A DNA stretch of 32,000 nucleotides from Candidatus Uhrbacteria bacterium (GTDB lineage Bacteria; Patescibacteriota; Patescibacteriia; UBA9934; GWF2-40-263): contig JACPHX010000018.1 of NCBI GenBank assembly GCA_016188425.1, positions 3,164 to 35,163 on the forward strand, written 5' to 3'. The position numbers and the translations under genes were made by a program. The notes beneath the pieces were generated by a model. That model made no database searches and was not told the DNA's origin. It saw nothing but the letters and a program-made list of their open reading frames with translations. Shown one piece after another: positions 8,264 to 15,955 of this stretch (positions within the stretch are counted from its first letter, which is position 1; each line of letters starts with the position of its first letter).

Positions 8264-11200
8264 TCACCGTTTTCCAGCGCCGAATTTGGCCTTGAGCGCC
8301 GCGAGCTGGTCGCTCGCGGCGGTCTCGGCTGTCTTCGGTGCGGAGGGGGCGGACGAAGTCGTGGCGAGGCGAACCTCACCGGTATGACCATTGACGCAAT
8401 CGAGCATCAACGTCTCGCCGGCTTGGTACGCCTTCCATTGCCCCTTGGTGACACCGACGGTGGCACCGCAGAAACAACGGAAGGTTCGCCCACCTTCGTC
8501 TTTGAAGGACGCTCCACCCGCATCGGACGCCGGGGAAGCGGAGGGACGTGGGGAGGCGCCACGCCGGCTCTCGAGATGGCTTGAAGCACCCTCGAGATAG
8601 GCGTAGACATCGCTCGCTCGACCGAGGTTGAAGAAACTTTCTCCCCCCTCGACGTACATGAGCGTGCCGATCGCCTGGCGCACCCCCTCCTGTTGACGTC
8701 CACGTCCGTAACCGGACGTCAACTCGCGACGGAACACCCTCACTGCTTCCGCTGCACCCACGATTCGGGCGGCAGCTTCGGCGAAAATGCGGATATTCCG
8801 CGCCTGACGCAGGTCGACGCCAACGATCCCTAAGATCGCCGACAACTCGCTGCGCTCGACCGCCTCGGCTTCCGCCTTGGCGCGCTGGGCATCCTCCTTG
8901 ACTTTGGCGACTCCACGCAGAGCCGTCTCGACCTTGGCGGTGATCGCCTTGGTCTCAACGGTCCACGCGCGGATCCCGGCCGAATCCCTCGGCAGGTAGG
9001 CCCACCGCCTGGAGTCGACCGGCCCGTGGAGCTCATAAGAAATGTCGTACCATCCCTGATGGGATGACAACATCTTGAGCTCCTCGCGAGCCGCCTCGGC
9101 CTCCGCCGTTGCCGCTTCGCGCTCGACGCGCTCGGCGGCCTCTACTTTCTCCCGTTCGCGTTGCCCGCGGAGCTCCTCACGGATCTCCTCGAGCTTCGCG
9201 AGCGCCCCCTTTCGTGCCTCCTCGGCCTCCGCGCAGCTGGCAAACCACTTTGCCTCGAACTTGGAGTCCGATGCGTAGTAGGTGTACGCAGCCGCGACAG
9301 CGCCAAACGCCTCGAGCGGCGAACCATCAACCACACACGACCCGTAGGTCGAGATTGTGATCTCTGGAATCGCCGGCTCTTCGGCCGAAAGGTCGGGGAG
9401 GGCGAGAACGGGTCGGTTGGTCCACCGACCCCACTGCTCTTGGTTCAGGTGATTTCTCACCCTCCCCTTGAGCTGCGGGATCTCGGACGACTCGATGGTC
9501 GTCGACCAGCCGAAGCTGATCGATACCATCAAGAACCGACCCGACGGGAGACGAATACCCTCGTCCGGGAGCTTGGCCCAGGCATTCGCCTTGACCATCT
9601 CCTCGGAGAGCTTCACGCGCGGGGCGTACACGGTCCCATAATAGGGCGACCGGTACTCAACCGCGAGATTCACTCCGAGGATGTCGATCTGGTCGGGGTT
9701 TTCACCGACGACCATTTCGACGAGCTCCTCGTCGAGGGACGGGAGTCGCAGACTCTCGACGTCTCGGATCTCTCCGATACGCCGAGCGCCTGCGAGCGCG
9801 GTGAGATAAAAGCCGGACAACTCGTCCGACGAGTAGACCTTGAAAGTCTCCTCGCCGGAACGAGCGTTCAGCTCCCCTGCCCGCTTCTGCCTTGCGGCAT
9901 TGGCGGACAGGATCTCGCCCACACTCCCCTGAACCGACCCGGCGCTGGCGAGCCACCGGGCGAAGACCTTGGCCGCCTCGGGATTCTCCCCGTCGGCGAC
10001 CATTTCTTCCTTGATCTTTTGCCCGTTGAAGTACGTCTGTGTCGTGGACACGACGACGTCCTTCTGGGCATCGAACCGAGGGGAGAGGCCGGTCTTGACC
10101 TCTCCAAGCTGTGGGGCGACCTCGAGCAACATGCTCGGGTCGACCGCGCTCGCACTCCCGACGAGGTGCAGCGTGAACGATCGTCCACGCGCACCTTTGC
10201 CGGAAATGTCGAACGGCAGGCCGACGAGCCAGTCGGGCCGCCCCGTCACAACCGTCTCACGCGCGAGCTGCCGAGTGCCCGCGCTCCCGTTCCGGTATTC
10301 CCCTCCACCCTGGTTAGAGTAGAGGTGATCCACCATCCCGGAAACGCAGGCGAGAAGGATCGCCTTCCGCTCTTCGTCCTTCGAGGCGAACCTCTTGGAC
10401 TCGGAGCGGACGGAACCCCGAACCGCGTCGAGGAGCTTCCCCCGGATTTCTCCGGCCCGGAAGAAGTCCTTGGTGAAGATACCCTGCTCGCGCAGAACAT
10501 CCACCTTGGACGCTCCTCCTCCACCCTTCACGGCCTTCCCGGCGTTAAACACGTCGAGAATAGCCAAAAGGTCGGATTTTGACTCCATCGTCAGCTGCTT
10601 CCAGCTGCCGTCACGAGCCCGGATTTCTCCGGCCTCGAGACAAGCAGCAATGGTCGCGACCGACTCGACGACGCCGAGCCGCTCCGCCTCGATGAGCATG
10701 CGTGCGTACTGCACGCTCACCGGGAGCTTTGCCATCTTCCGACCAATCTTTGTGACTTGACCGTCGGACGACATTGCCCCCAAGGCAATAAGCGACTTCT
10801 TCGCGGCCGCCAGAGTGGCCGCGTCTGGTTGGTGGAAAAACTCGAGCGTTGTCGCATCGAATCCTTGCACCGCCAAACGCAGGACCATCTGGTCCAACCG
10901 CGAACGAAGAATCTCGGCCCGCGGGAACTCGGGCCGCTCGGACAGGTGCGTGTCCGAGCAGAGAACATAGACGCCGGGCTTGCACCTTCCAGCCCGGCCA
11001 GCTCGTTGCTCACAATCTGCCCGCGAGATGGGCTTGAGGTAAAGTCCCTCAATCCCATCCACGAGCTCGATTCGCCTCTCGACGCCGCTATCTACAACGG
11101 CGTCAATGTCGGAGATCGTGACCGACGTCTGTGCCACATTCGTGGACACGACGACCTTCACTTTCCCTGACGGAGGCGGGTCGAAACAAAGCTGCTGCTC

Positions 11201-11935
11201 GTGCGGCTCGAGCTGCCCATGAAGCGGCAGCACGAGCGCGGACGAGCCGAGTTCCTTGGAGATCGAGGAAACGGTATCCTCAATCTCCTTCTTTCCAGGT
11301 TGAAACACGAGAACATTCCTGCCCTCGCGTCCCAGCCGAACCGCGGTCGCGACCAAGTCTCTCGACGAGGCCGACGACCGCTCTACCGGAAAAAGACGTC
11401 CCGGCACGTCGATGACCGGCACCCCACCGAAATAAGCGGCGAGGCGCTCCGCGTCGAGGGTCGCGGACATAATGACAACCCGAAGGTCATCACCAGCCGC
11501 GATCCTCGACTTCGTCCACGCGATCAAAACCTCCATATTGAGGTTCCACTCGTGGACTTCATCGAGCACCAGGACAGTCTTTCCGCCGGTCTGTCCGGCT
11601 CCGGAAAGTTCACGAACGAGCTGCAACCCGTCCGTGCAGAACAATACGTCCGTCGCAGCGGACGCCACACGCTCTTCGGCGGTGTGGAAACCGACCACGG
11701 CGCCCAACCGTGATTTCATTTCCTGGGCCACACGCTGGGCAAGCGTGCGGGCTGCGAGTCGGCGCGGCTGCGTCACAATGACGCGGTATCCAGCTCTCGC
11801 AAGGAGCTGGGGTACCTGGGTGCTCTTTCCAGCACCCGTAGCCGCGGTGATCAGTAGCGCACGGTGGTTTAGCACCATGCGCACGATCTCTTCCCCGTAC
11901 AAAAGTACGGGGAGGGTCGCGATTAATTCGTTCAT
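8264..11935 (-). CDS. DEAH-box (HrpA/HrpB-like) ATP-dependent helicase with a roughly 600-aa uncharacterised C-terminal extension
   Basis: 1223-aa ORF with ATG at 11935 and AAGGAG 5 nt upstream. Motifs are TGAGKST (I), DEVHEW (II), SAT (III) and QRAGRAGR (VI), followed by an HA2-like region. The C-terminal half has a charged coiled-coil stretch (EEARKGALAKLEEIREELRGQREREKVEAAERVEREAA) and a C-terminal Cys/His cluster (FRCFCG...DCVNGH). Confidence 0.9.
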   Translation of the reverse strand: MNELIATLPVLLYGEEIVRMVLNHRALLITAATGAGKSTQVPQLLARAGYRVIVTQPRRLAARTLAQRVAQEMKSRLGAVVGFHTAEERVASAATDVLFCTDGLQLVRELSGAGQTGGKTVLVLDEVHEWNLNMEVLIAWTKSRIAAGDDLRVVIMSATLDAERLAAYFGGVPVIDVPGRLFPVERSSASSRDLVATAVRLGREGRNVLVFQPGKKEIEDTVSSISKELGSSALVLPLHGQLEPHEQQLCFDPPPSGKVKVVVSTNVAQTSVTISDIDAVVDSGVERRIELVDGIEGLYLKPISRADCEQRAGRAGRCKPGVYVLCSDTHLSERPEFPRAEILRSRLDQMVLRLAVQGFDATTLEFFHQPDAATLAAAKKSLIALGAMSSDGQVTKIGRKMAKLPVSVQYARMLIEAERLGVVESVATIAACLEAGEIRARDGSWKQLTMESKSDLLAILDVFNAGKAVKGGGGASKVDVLREQGIFTKDFFRAGEIRGKLLDAVRGSVRSESKRFASKDEERKAILLACVSGMVDHLYSNQGGGEYRNGSAGTRQLARETVVTGRPDWLVGLPFDISGKGARGRSFTLHLVGSASAVDPSMLLEVAPQLGEVKTGLSPRFDAQKDVVVSTTQTYFNGQKIKEEMVADGENPEAAKVFARWLASAGSVQGSVGEILSANAARQKRAGELNARSGEETFKVYSSDELSGFYLTALAGARRIGEIRDVESLRLPSLDEELVEMVVGENPDQIDILGVNLAVEYRSPYYGTVYAPRVKLSEEMVKANAWAKLPDEGIRLPSGRFLMVSISFGWSTTIESSEIPQLKGRVRNHLNQEQWGRWTNRPVLALPDLSAEEPAIPEITISTYGSCVVDGSPLEAFGAVAAAYTYYASDSKFEAKWFASCAEAEEARKGALAKLEEIREELRGQREREKVEAAERVEREAATAEAEAAREELKMLSSHQGWYDISYELHGPVDSRRWAYLPRDSAGIRAWTVETKAITAKVETALRGVAKVKEDAQRAKAEAEAVERSELSAILGIVGVDLRQARNIRIFAEAAARIVGAAEAVRVFRRELTSGYGRGRQQEGVRQAIGTLMYVEGGESFFNLGRASDVYAYLEGASSHLESRRGASPRPSASPASDAGGASFKDEGGRTFRCFCGATVGVTKGQWKAYQAGETLMLDCVNGHTGEVRLATTSSAPSAPKTAETAASDQLAALKAKFGAGKR

Positions 11936-12101
11936 CTTTCTCCTTGAGACAGGGGCACGGCCTTTCGACCATCACCCACCCTGCCTCCGCCGGTCCTCTA
12001 CCGACTTCCCTTCCCTTCGACTCCTTGAGTCGCTCAGGGTCGGGCCTGCAGGCAGGGTTGCCCAAGGTTGTTTACGCACCCTCTCCTCAGAGAAGTGCTT
12101 C

Positions 12102-12123
12102 CAAAAATGCAAATCCTTTGCAT
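12102..12123 (-). terminator. Rho-independent terminator after the GNAT gene
   Basis: Hairpin ATGCAAA-GGA-TTTGCAT on the minus strand, followed by TTTT. Confidence 0.6.
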
Positions 12124-12188
12124 CCTCAAAAGCACGCTCAAACCCCATTTCCCTCCGTTTGGGTTTGAGCAAGAACGCGGACATCGCC

Positions 12189-12641
12189 TCAACCAGGCCA
12201 GCTGTCCATGATTTGCCCATGATTGACGATCATGAGCCGCTGACGCAGATCTTCCGAGAGCCGGTTGACCACATGGGCCATCCCGGCAGACATCAGATCC
12301 ACGCGGATCTTCTCGAACCCTCGTTCGACGCAACGTTTTACCGTTGCCTCAAAGAGAATCGATCCGATCCCTTGGCCTCGACGTTCATACAGGACATACA
12401 GTCCCACGATCGTCGGGGTCCCCTCCCCTTCTTCTCCCCAAGGCGCAATCGACGCCAGCGCGACGATCTCTTGGCCATCAAAGGCCGCGAGAAACTCGTC
12501 GCAACAGGTAAGTCGATCCCCACCGAAGAGGATCATCGTTTTCGAGTTGCGATGGGCGGATGCCCACGAACCCGCGAGGGTTGTTGAGATTTGTTTGAGT
12601 TCAATGGCCAACGGCCACCTCCTCGGACGGATGAATCCCAT
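12189..12641 (-). CDS. GNAT-family N-acetyltransferase
   Basis: ORF track 12189..12989. I start it at the internal ATG 12641 (150 aa). The acetyl-CoA motif A is RRGQGIGSILFE. The upstream part of the ORF overlaps the Cys-rich gene in another frame and looks non-coding. Confidence 0.7.
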   Translation of the reverse strand: MGFIRPRRWPLAIELKQISTTLAGSWASAHRNSKTMILFGGDRLTCCDEFLAAFDGQEIVALASIAPWGEEGEGTPTIVGLYVLYERRGQGIGSILFEATVKRCVERGFEKIRVDLMSAGMAHVVNRLSEDLRQRLMIVNHGQIMDSWPG

Positions 12642-12777
12642 CCTTGCCTTTTGTTTGTGAACTCTCACCGCGCACCTTTTTCCAAAGATGCGTGGAATTG
12701 AGACGCCCGGGGACACGACGAAAGGTGGAGTACACCAATCATCGCGCCCCGGGAACATAGGCCTGGCGGATACAACC

Positions 12778-13026
12778 TTATGGGTTGTATCCTTGACACT
12801 CGCAACAACCGTTGGAGTGCTCGCTCCCCCGGCCACAGGAGGGAGCATTTTCCACGGGGACGCGGTTCGTCCCGCCGCACAAAGTGCAGCCGGATACACC
12901 CGCGTCTCCGACGCCTGACCCATTGCAAAACGGGCAGAACGCCGTCTCGATACCCTCGAGACCTGGGTTAGAGATGTTGGCGGCTCCATTGGCCGTGCCG
13001 CTCTGCGACATCGATTTGGAATCCAT
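12778..13026 (-). CDS. Cys-rich mini-protein with DnaJ-type CxxCxGxG zinc-finger repeats
   Basis: 82 aa with ATG at 13026. It contains CPFCNGSG and CTLCGGTN followed by CGRG...CCECQG. There is no clear SD. Confidence 0.5.
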   Translation of the reverse strand: MDSKSMSQSGTANGAANISNPGLEGIETAFCPFCNGSGVGDAGVSGCTLCGGTNRVPVENAPSCGRGSEHSNGCCECQGYNP

Positions 13027-13209
13027 CCGGAGGCGGGGTCTGGGGACCCCGCCTATATTTAGATGGATGATTCACAAATCGATGTCCAGAACTCGATCCT
13101 CTCAACGTCCCCGAACATGCCCAGCAAGCGCTGGGCCGATCGGGAACGTAGTTGAAAACCGATATCCACTCATATCCCGTTGACGGAAAACGCCCGGCAT
13201 GATGTGTAG

Positions 13210-13215
13210 TATACT
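13210..13215 (+). promoter_or_regulatory. candidate -10 box (TATACT) of the first coiled-coil gene
   Basis: The block CCGTTGACGGAA...TATACT...TTAATTCAT...ATCTATG(G/A)ATCAGG is conserved upstream of both paralogs (compare 18739-18744). TTGACG lies too far away (about 22-24 nt) to be a canonical -35. Confidence 0.35.
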
Positions 13216-13272
13216 GTGGTCAAGGTTCCAAGGAGGAATGCTTGATTCATTTAATTCATTATTTTTCGATCT

Positions 13273-13755
13273 ATGGATCAGGCAAAGGTATTGCAAAGTG
13301 TTCTGGAGACCGTATCTCAAATAAATGAGACGGTTACGGACTTAAAGACCGACGTTGCGGGATTAAAGGTGGCTGTTACTGTTTTAGATCAGAAAGTGAC
13401 TGGTTTGGATCAGAAGGTGAACCGTCTAGACCAGAAGGTTACCGCCATTGAAAGTGATGTTTCTGCCCTAAGAACTGATTTCTCCGAGATGAAACTCGAG
13501 ATGTCAGACATGAGGGAATCCATCGAATTCATAAAGGACAACGCCGTCACACAGGATGAGTTCAAGGAATTCCGCCAAGAGGTGAAAGGTAATTTCAACG
13601 GCTTCAAGCTCGATTTCATCGACTACCTCGACGACAAAGTTCGCATCCCACGCGAAGACGCCCTGGGCGCCCACCGAAAAACCGATCGCATCACCGACAT
13701 CCTCGTAGAACGCAAAGTCCTCACCGAATCCGACCGCTCCCGCATCGCGGCCTAG
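13273..13755 (+). CDS. coiled-coil protein, paralog 1 (160 aa)
   Basis: It carries heptad-type repeats, including three 21-bp tandem units at 13384-13446 (LDQKVTG/LDQKVNR/LDQKVTA). The C-terminal blocks FIKDNAVTQDEFK and ILVERKVLTESDRSRIAA match paralog 2. Confidence 0.8.
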   Translation: MDQAKVLQSVLETVSQINETVTDLKTDVAGLKVAVTVLDQKVTGLDQKVNRLDQKVTAIESDVSALRTDFSEMKLEMSDMRESIEFIKDNAVTQDEFKEFRQEVKGNFNGFKLDFIDYLDDKVRIPREDALGAHRKTDRITDILVERKVLTESDRSRIAA

Positions 13756-13765
13756 TACATACCCC

Positions 13766-13793
13766 AAAACCGGCCTCTGCCGGTTTTTGTTTT
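13766..13793 (+). terminator. Rho-independent terminator
   Basis: AAAACCGGC-CTCT-GCCGGTTTT followed by TGTTTT. Confidence 0.8.
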
Positions 13794-13827
13794 CGTCACT
13801 CTCCCTTGCTCCATTCCCCATTCTTTT

Positions 13828-13897
13828 CCTCCTCAATCCCCTCGTTGTTCACAAGAGGATAATTGGAGAGGCAAGCGATGTGCGTGCTTGCCTTCGT
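13828..13897. repeat. two-hairpin cassette-boundary element, copy A
   Basis: CCTCCTCAATCCC-CTCGTTGTTCACAAGAGG-ATAATTGGAGAGG-CAAGCGATGTGCGTGCTTGCC-TTCGT. It is 70/70 identical to copy B. Confidence 0.8.
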
Positions 13898-14216
13898 AGC
13901 GACGAGCGTCGCGAGAAACATCCGGCAGAGCCGGACGGAAACAGCTGATGCTGGATCCTCCGCCATAATGAATAAGGCGGCTTCTGTGGTGCGTGGAGAA
14001 CAGCGTCTTCCACGGGAAGTCTTTGCGGGATTCCATCCCCGTCATCGTGTTCGCCAGAGCGGCGCAACTTCAGGCCTCGATGAAGGCCTCTGCCTCAAAT
14101 TTGACCCCTTGGTCTGTGTCGCGGTTTTTGACCTGGGTTTTTCTTACCCAACCGCGAGCGTTCAGAGACGCTTCCAAGGTGCCATGGGAGGCATTGGCTG
14201 CTGTGGCGTCTGCAGC

Positions 14217-14495
14217 CTATTTCTGCTCGGGCAAGTGGATTTTCATCCACTCGTCCGGCAGGGTGAGGCCACCATCGTACGGATTCTCAACGAATCCGCA
14301 CGACCGGCACCACACCTGGAGGTTCTCCAGGTGCCCGCCGACCCCGTATTCGGGGTAGTGGCCCAACCCCCCTCCGCAGAAGGGGCAGGTTTCACTCTCC
14401 AATGAGAGAGTGGTGAACCCGCCCCACCCGAACTTCACGCCACCGATTTCTCGGTTGGCGAAAGTTTCGCGGAGGGTTCTTTCGATCCGCGCCAT
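14217..14495 (-). CDS. small zinc-ribbon-like protein (92 aa)
   Basis: ATG at 14495. It contains CPFCGGG ... CRSCG and has balanced, protein-like composition. The overlapping plus-strand ORF 13863..14405 is Arg/Ser-rich. Confidence 0.6.
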   Translation of the reverse strand: MARIERTLRETFANREIGGVKFGWGGFTTLSLESETCPFCGGGLGHYPEYGVGGHLENLQVWCRSCGFVENPYDGGLTLPDEWMKIHLPEQK

Positions 14496-14668
14496 AATAA
14501 GAAGACCTGCATTCTCTCCTTAGTATGACGTGGATCATCTTTCTCGTACGTCCCGCGATGTTCATCACGAACCGCTGCGCGAGGGACCCACCCAAAGACT
14601 TCGCCATGGTTTCCCTCTTTCCCCTCTCTGAAGGACAACAAGGAAGCCGTGATGGTTGGTACTTTTCC

Positions 14669-14738
14669 CCTCCTCAATCCCCTCGTTGTTCACAAGAGGA
14701 TAATTGGAGAGGCAAGCGATGTGCGTGCTTGCCTTCGT
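14669..14738. repeat. two-hairpin cassette-boundary element, copy B
   Basis: Identical to copy A over 70 bp. Confidence 0.8.
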
Positions 14739-14953
14739 GTAACTGGATCCGCCAGCCGCGGTCGACACCAGAACAGTGTCTCACCGAACACGTCGGCTGA
14801 CGTCATCTTTCCGTTTTGTGCAACGGAATTCAGGCCCGATGATGGCCGCTTGCCTCAAATTTGGCGTCTGGTTTGAACCGTCGCATTGACCAGCGACGAG
14901 TGACAGATGTCACTTCCAGAAAGCCATGGGAGGCAGGGTCTCCAGGGCGCACC

Positions 14954-15178
14954 TCAATAGGTGCAACCCATGGACTGACAGCCGTAGCCGTCAATCCAAG
15001 AGACCGGGACGATCGAGTGGCAAGAGCCACACTCGACCGTTTCCTCGGTCTCACGGACCTCTGCGCCGGGAACGGTCCCAGCAACTTTTTCCGCCTCTTC
15101 GATCGAGGCGAGACCTGAAGCCACCAAGTGGCCAGGCCCCGCGACGTCAGGGCGGACGACGATGTACGTCATACCCAT
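14954..15178 (-). CDS. small Cys-containing protein (74 aa)
   Basis: ATG at 15178, with a second ATG at 15172. It contains ECGSCHS ... GCQSMGC and has protein-like composition. No homology argument. Confidence 0.5.
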   Translation of the reverse strand: MGMTYIVVRPDVAGPGHLVASGLASIEEAEKVAGTVPGAEVRETEETVECGSCHSIVPVSWIDGYGCQSMGCTY

Positions 15179-15274
15179 TTTTTCCCATCAAAACGACAGG
15201 AACAAATGGCTGTGGCGTACATCGTAAATTCCGTACTTCCGTCATTCTGTATACTTCCGGAATCCGTAACGAAT

Positions 15275-15335
15275 CCCCTCAATCCCTTTGTGTTGCCACA
15301 AGGAGATAATCGGAGCTATGATCAACGTGATCATA
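15275..15335. repeat. two-hairpin cassette-boundary element, copy C
   Basis: CCCCTCAATCCC-TTTGTGTTGCCACAAGGA-GATAATCGGAG-CTATGATCAACGTGATCAT. It has the same architecture as A/B with different stems. Confidence 0.65.
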
Positions 15336-15340
15336 CATCT

Positions 15341-15595
15341 ATGAAAGACCGTATCCTTCAGTACACTGTCCTCCTTACCCCCGATGAAGAATCGGGTGGG
15401 TTTACGGTTGAAGTCCCAGCTATTCCTGGATGCTTCACGGAAGGCGACACCCTTGAACAAGCAAAGGCAAATGCGAAAGAGGTAATAGAACTTTGTCTCG
15501 ATGTCCTTGCCGACGAAGGCCTCCCTCCGCCAGTTGCAGCAGCTGACAATTCCTCTTTGAACATGTACTGTTCCAAAAGGATGGTGACCGTATAA
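15341..15595 (+). CDS. HicB-like (UPF0150) antitoxin-family protein, with no hicA partner seen
   Basis: This is the internal ATG 15341 of ORF 15128..15595. YTVLLTPDEESGGFTVEVPAIPGCFTEGDTLEQAKANAKEVIELCL is the classic HicB N-terminal domain pattern. Confidence 0.75.
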   Translation: MKDRILQYTVLLTPDEESGGFTVEVPAIPGCFTEGDTLEQAKANAKEVIELCLDVLADEGLPPPVAAADNSSLNMYCSKRMVTV

Positions 15596-15621
15596 CTACG
15601 GGTAAACCTATCTTCGCAAAT

Positions 15622-15656
15622 AAAATCTCGACTTCGTCGGGATTTTATTTTTTTTC
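15622..15656 (+). terminator. Rho-independent terminator after the hicB-like gene
   Basis: AAAATCTCGAC-TTC-GTCGGGATTTT (one mismatch), followed by ATTTTTTTT. Confidence 0.7.
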
Positions 15657-15678
15657 TAAACTGCTGTTTGGTGGACTC

Positions 15679-15752
15679 GGGCCTGTAGTTTAACGGTAAA
15701 ATACCATCCTGCGAAGATAGAGATGCGGGTTCAACCCCCGTCGGGTCCACCA
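15679..15752 (+). tRNA. tRNA-Arg (anticodon GCG)
   Basis: Manual cloverleaf. Acceptor GGGCCTG/CGGGTCC has two G-U pairs. D arm is GTTT-AACGGTA-AAAT. Anticodon arm is CCATC-CTGCGAA-GATAG with one C-A mismatch. T arm is GCGGG-TTCAACC-CCCGT. Discriminator is A and CCA is encoded. Confidence 0.8.
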
Positions 15753-15755
15753 CCC

Positions 15756-15790
15756 AAAACAATTCCGCCCTGCGGGATTGTTTTGTTTTA
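15756..15790 (+). terminator. Rho-independent terminator after tRNA-Arg
   Basis: A 13-bp stem AAAACAATTCCGC / GCGGGATTGTTTT (one G-U), followed by GTTTTA. Confidence 0.7.
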
Positions 15791-15798
15791 ATCCTTCC

Positions 15799-15842
15799 CT
15801 TTCGTACTTTCGTAATTTTGTACCTTTTGTAGTTTCGTAACG
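15799..15842. repeat. five phased TT(C)GTA repeats with about 8-9 bp period
   Basis: TTCGTAc TTTCGTAa TTTTGTAc cTTTTGTAg TTTCGTAAcga, directly abutting element D. A looser CGTA array at 15216-15272 abuts element C. Confidence 0.4.
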
Positions 15843-15843
15843 A

Positions 15844-15955
15844 CTCTCCTCAATCCCTTCAGGTTTTCCGCTGCCAGCTGCCTACTGCAAGCTGCCAGCT
15901 TCCCAAAAGAGATAGTCGGAGAGGCGAGGAGTGATGTGCAATCACTGTTCTCGCC
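15844..15955. repeat. two-hairpin cassette-boundary element, copy D
   Basis: CTCTCCTCAATCCC, then about 55 nt of hairpin/direct-repeat insert, then GATAGTCGGAGAGG-CGAGGAGTGATGTGCAATCACTGTTCTCGCC. Confidence 0.65.

Noticed and set aside
13230-13320. AAGGAGGA followed directly by ATG at 13238 (a 28-codon ORF) upstream of coiled-coil gene 1.
   Set aside because: The SD-to-ATG spacing is essentially zero. The ORF overlaps the real gene out of frame, and it is not conserved upstream of paralog 2.
13863-14405. Plus-strand 180-aa ORF whose internal ATG (13878) sits 6 nt after GGAGAGG of element A.
   Set aside because: The identical sequence in copy B terminates after 7 codons, so the shared sequence is not conserved as this reading frame. 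The product is Arg/Ser/Val-rich, and it is antisense to the better 92-aa ORF. The SD-ATG arrangement is kept as a possible leader feature in the main finding.
15358-15762. 134-aa minus-strand ORF.
   Set aside because: It is antisense to the hicB-like gene and runs through tRNA-Arg.
13828-15955. The two-hairpin elements as a CRISPR array.
   Set aside because: Only two copies are identical. Spacing is irregular (840, 610 and 570 bp) and the intervals contain genes. There is no cas gene.
13828-15955. The elements as classical integron attC sites.
   Set aside because: I cannot find the R'' RYYYAAC / R' GTTRRRY core pair. GTTGTTC and GAACAAC violate the consensus, and no intI is present in the window. 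Only the cassette-like organisation is analogous.
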